Part shown: piece by piece, positions 62,858 to 64,000 of the stretch
Layout: each line of letters opens with the position of its first letter
Position numbering within the stretch: the first letter of the stretch is position 1
Assembly: GCA_026770705.1 (NCBI GenBank)
Contig: JANJGN010000039.1
Location: forward strand, 6,138,001-6,202,000
Length of the DNA: 64,000 bases
Reading direction: 5' to 3'
Source of the DNA: Isurus oxyrinchus
Lineage: Eukaryota
Notes under the pieces: generated by a model
Seen by the model: the letters and a program-made list of their open reading frames with translations, nothing else
Database searches by the model: none
What the model was told of the DNA's origin: nothing
Program-made: the position numbers and the translations under genes

Positions 62858-63915
62858 ATCTGTCTCACTCTCTACCTCTCACTCCATATGCCTCTCTCTG
62901 TTCAGGTCTTTCTCTTTGACTCCCTCTCTCTCTCTCGCTTTCTTTTTCTACCTCTCATCTCTCTGTTTCTTTCCCCCTCTCTCTTAGATAAATGTATCTC
63001 TAATTTTCCTTTTCAGTTCCCAAATTAACTGGGAATTATCCTTGACCCTTCGCCCCTCGCTTCCTCCTGGAATTTGTCTGGCAAATGTGTTTGTGTTTGT
63101 TTGAGTATATTTGCCTACGTTTGTGTGCCTGTGTGTATGTGTTAACATGTGTGTTTCTGTGTGTGTGTGTGTGTTAATCCATGTGTGTGTTTATGTATGT
63201 GTGTGTGCACACTTGTCTGTCAGTGTGTGTGTCTGTGTTTGCATTTGTTGGTCTGTGTGTATGTCTCTGTGCATGTACACACGCGTGTGTGTGCGTGGAA
63301 GTGCTCAAACGTGTGTGTGAGTGACAGAGAGAGAGAGAGAAAGAGAGAGAGTCTTTGAGTATCTTGTAAAAGTGGTTAGTATAACTTCATATTCAATACT
63401 GCAAGTTAACAACTTTTGCCTATCTATTTAACAGGACTGGTCTTATAATTAACAAACATGATTGTTATTTACTGAACGAAGCTTGATTAACGTCTCTTTT
63501 ATTCTACCAGTAGCAAAAGTAAACAATTGGCTAATTTAGTGTGTGAATCTGTCTTTTAAACTATTGGTATTACCTGTGGAGTAGTGGGGTTAAATATACT
63601 GCACTCGTATCCCAATTGATCGAAACAGGCTATGTCTGTCTCTGCCACTCCTCTGCTGCCTTGTGCTCTCATTCTCTCTCTGCTTATCTGTCTAACTCTC
63701 TACCTCTCACTCCATATGCCTCTCTCTGTTCAGCCCTTTCTCTTTGACTCACTCTCTCTCTCTCTCTTTGTTTTTCTATCTCTCATCTCTCTCTCTCTCT
63801 CTCTTTCTTTCCCCCTCTCTCTTAGATAAATGTATCTCTAATTTTCCTTTTCAGTTCCCAAATGAACTGGGAATTATCCTTGACCCTTCGCCCCTCGCTT
63901 CTTGCTGGAATTTGT
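62858..63915 (+). repeat. Local direct duplication of ~220 bp (62858-63077 and 63685-63915)
   Basis: Both copies contain CTCTACCTCTCACTCCATATGCCTCTCTCTGTTCAG...CTTAGATAAATGTATCTCTAATTTTCCTTTTCAGTTCCCAAATKAACTGGGAATTATCCTTGACCCTTCGCCCCTCGCTT. Confidence 0.92.
63085..63355. repeat. (TG)n then (GA)n microsatellite tract
   Basis: Direct inspection of the sequence. Confidence 0.92.
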
Positions 63916-64000
63916 GGGGTTGTGTGATGGAAATTTGTCTGACAAATGAAAGGGTAGTTTTGCCATGTTGTTGATTTTCATTGGAATCAGTGTGACGAAT

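Overview
This is repeat-rich vertebrate genomic DNA. The repeat families (CR1-type LINEs, tRNA-derived and Deu-type SINEs, Penelope elements, gypsy LTR elements, Harbinger) suggest a cartilaginous fish, probably a shark; that is an inference from remembered family motifs. There is one apparently intact protein-coding gene: a two-exon, minus-strand class A GPCR of the GPR139/GPR142-like type (exon 1 55104-55278, exon 2 51017-51894, about 350 aa, phase-1 GT-AG intron in TM1). It is surrounded by decayed paralogous pieces: 32767-33043 (+), an orphan exon 1 at 34957-35026 (+), 43378-43480 (+), 46830-47040 (-) and several much fainter traces. Together these look like a birth-and-death receptor cluster. 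Other notable structures are a ~5 kb 56-bp palindromic minisatellite with a homogeneity gradient, four Penelope-borne minimal hammerhead-ribozyme motifs, a gypsy element with integrase upstream of RT (Gmr1-like order) interrupted by a Harbinger transposon, and an unidentified two-copy dispersed element. Almost all other listed ORFs are spurious or transposon remnants. Repeat boundaries are approximate and family calls come from motif recall, not database searches.
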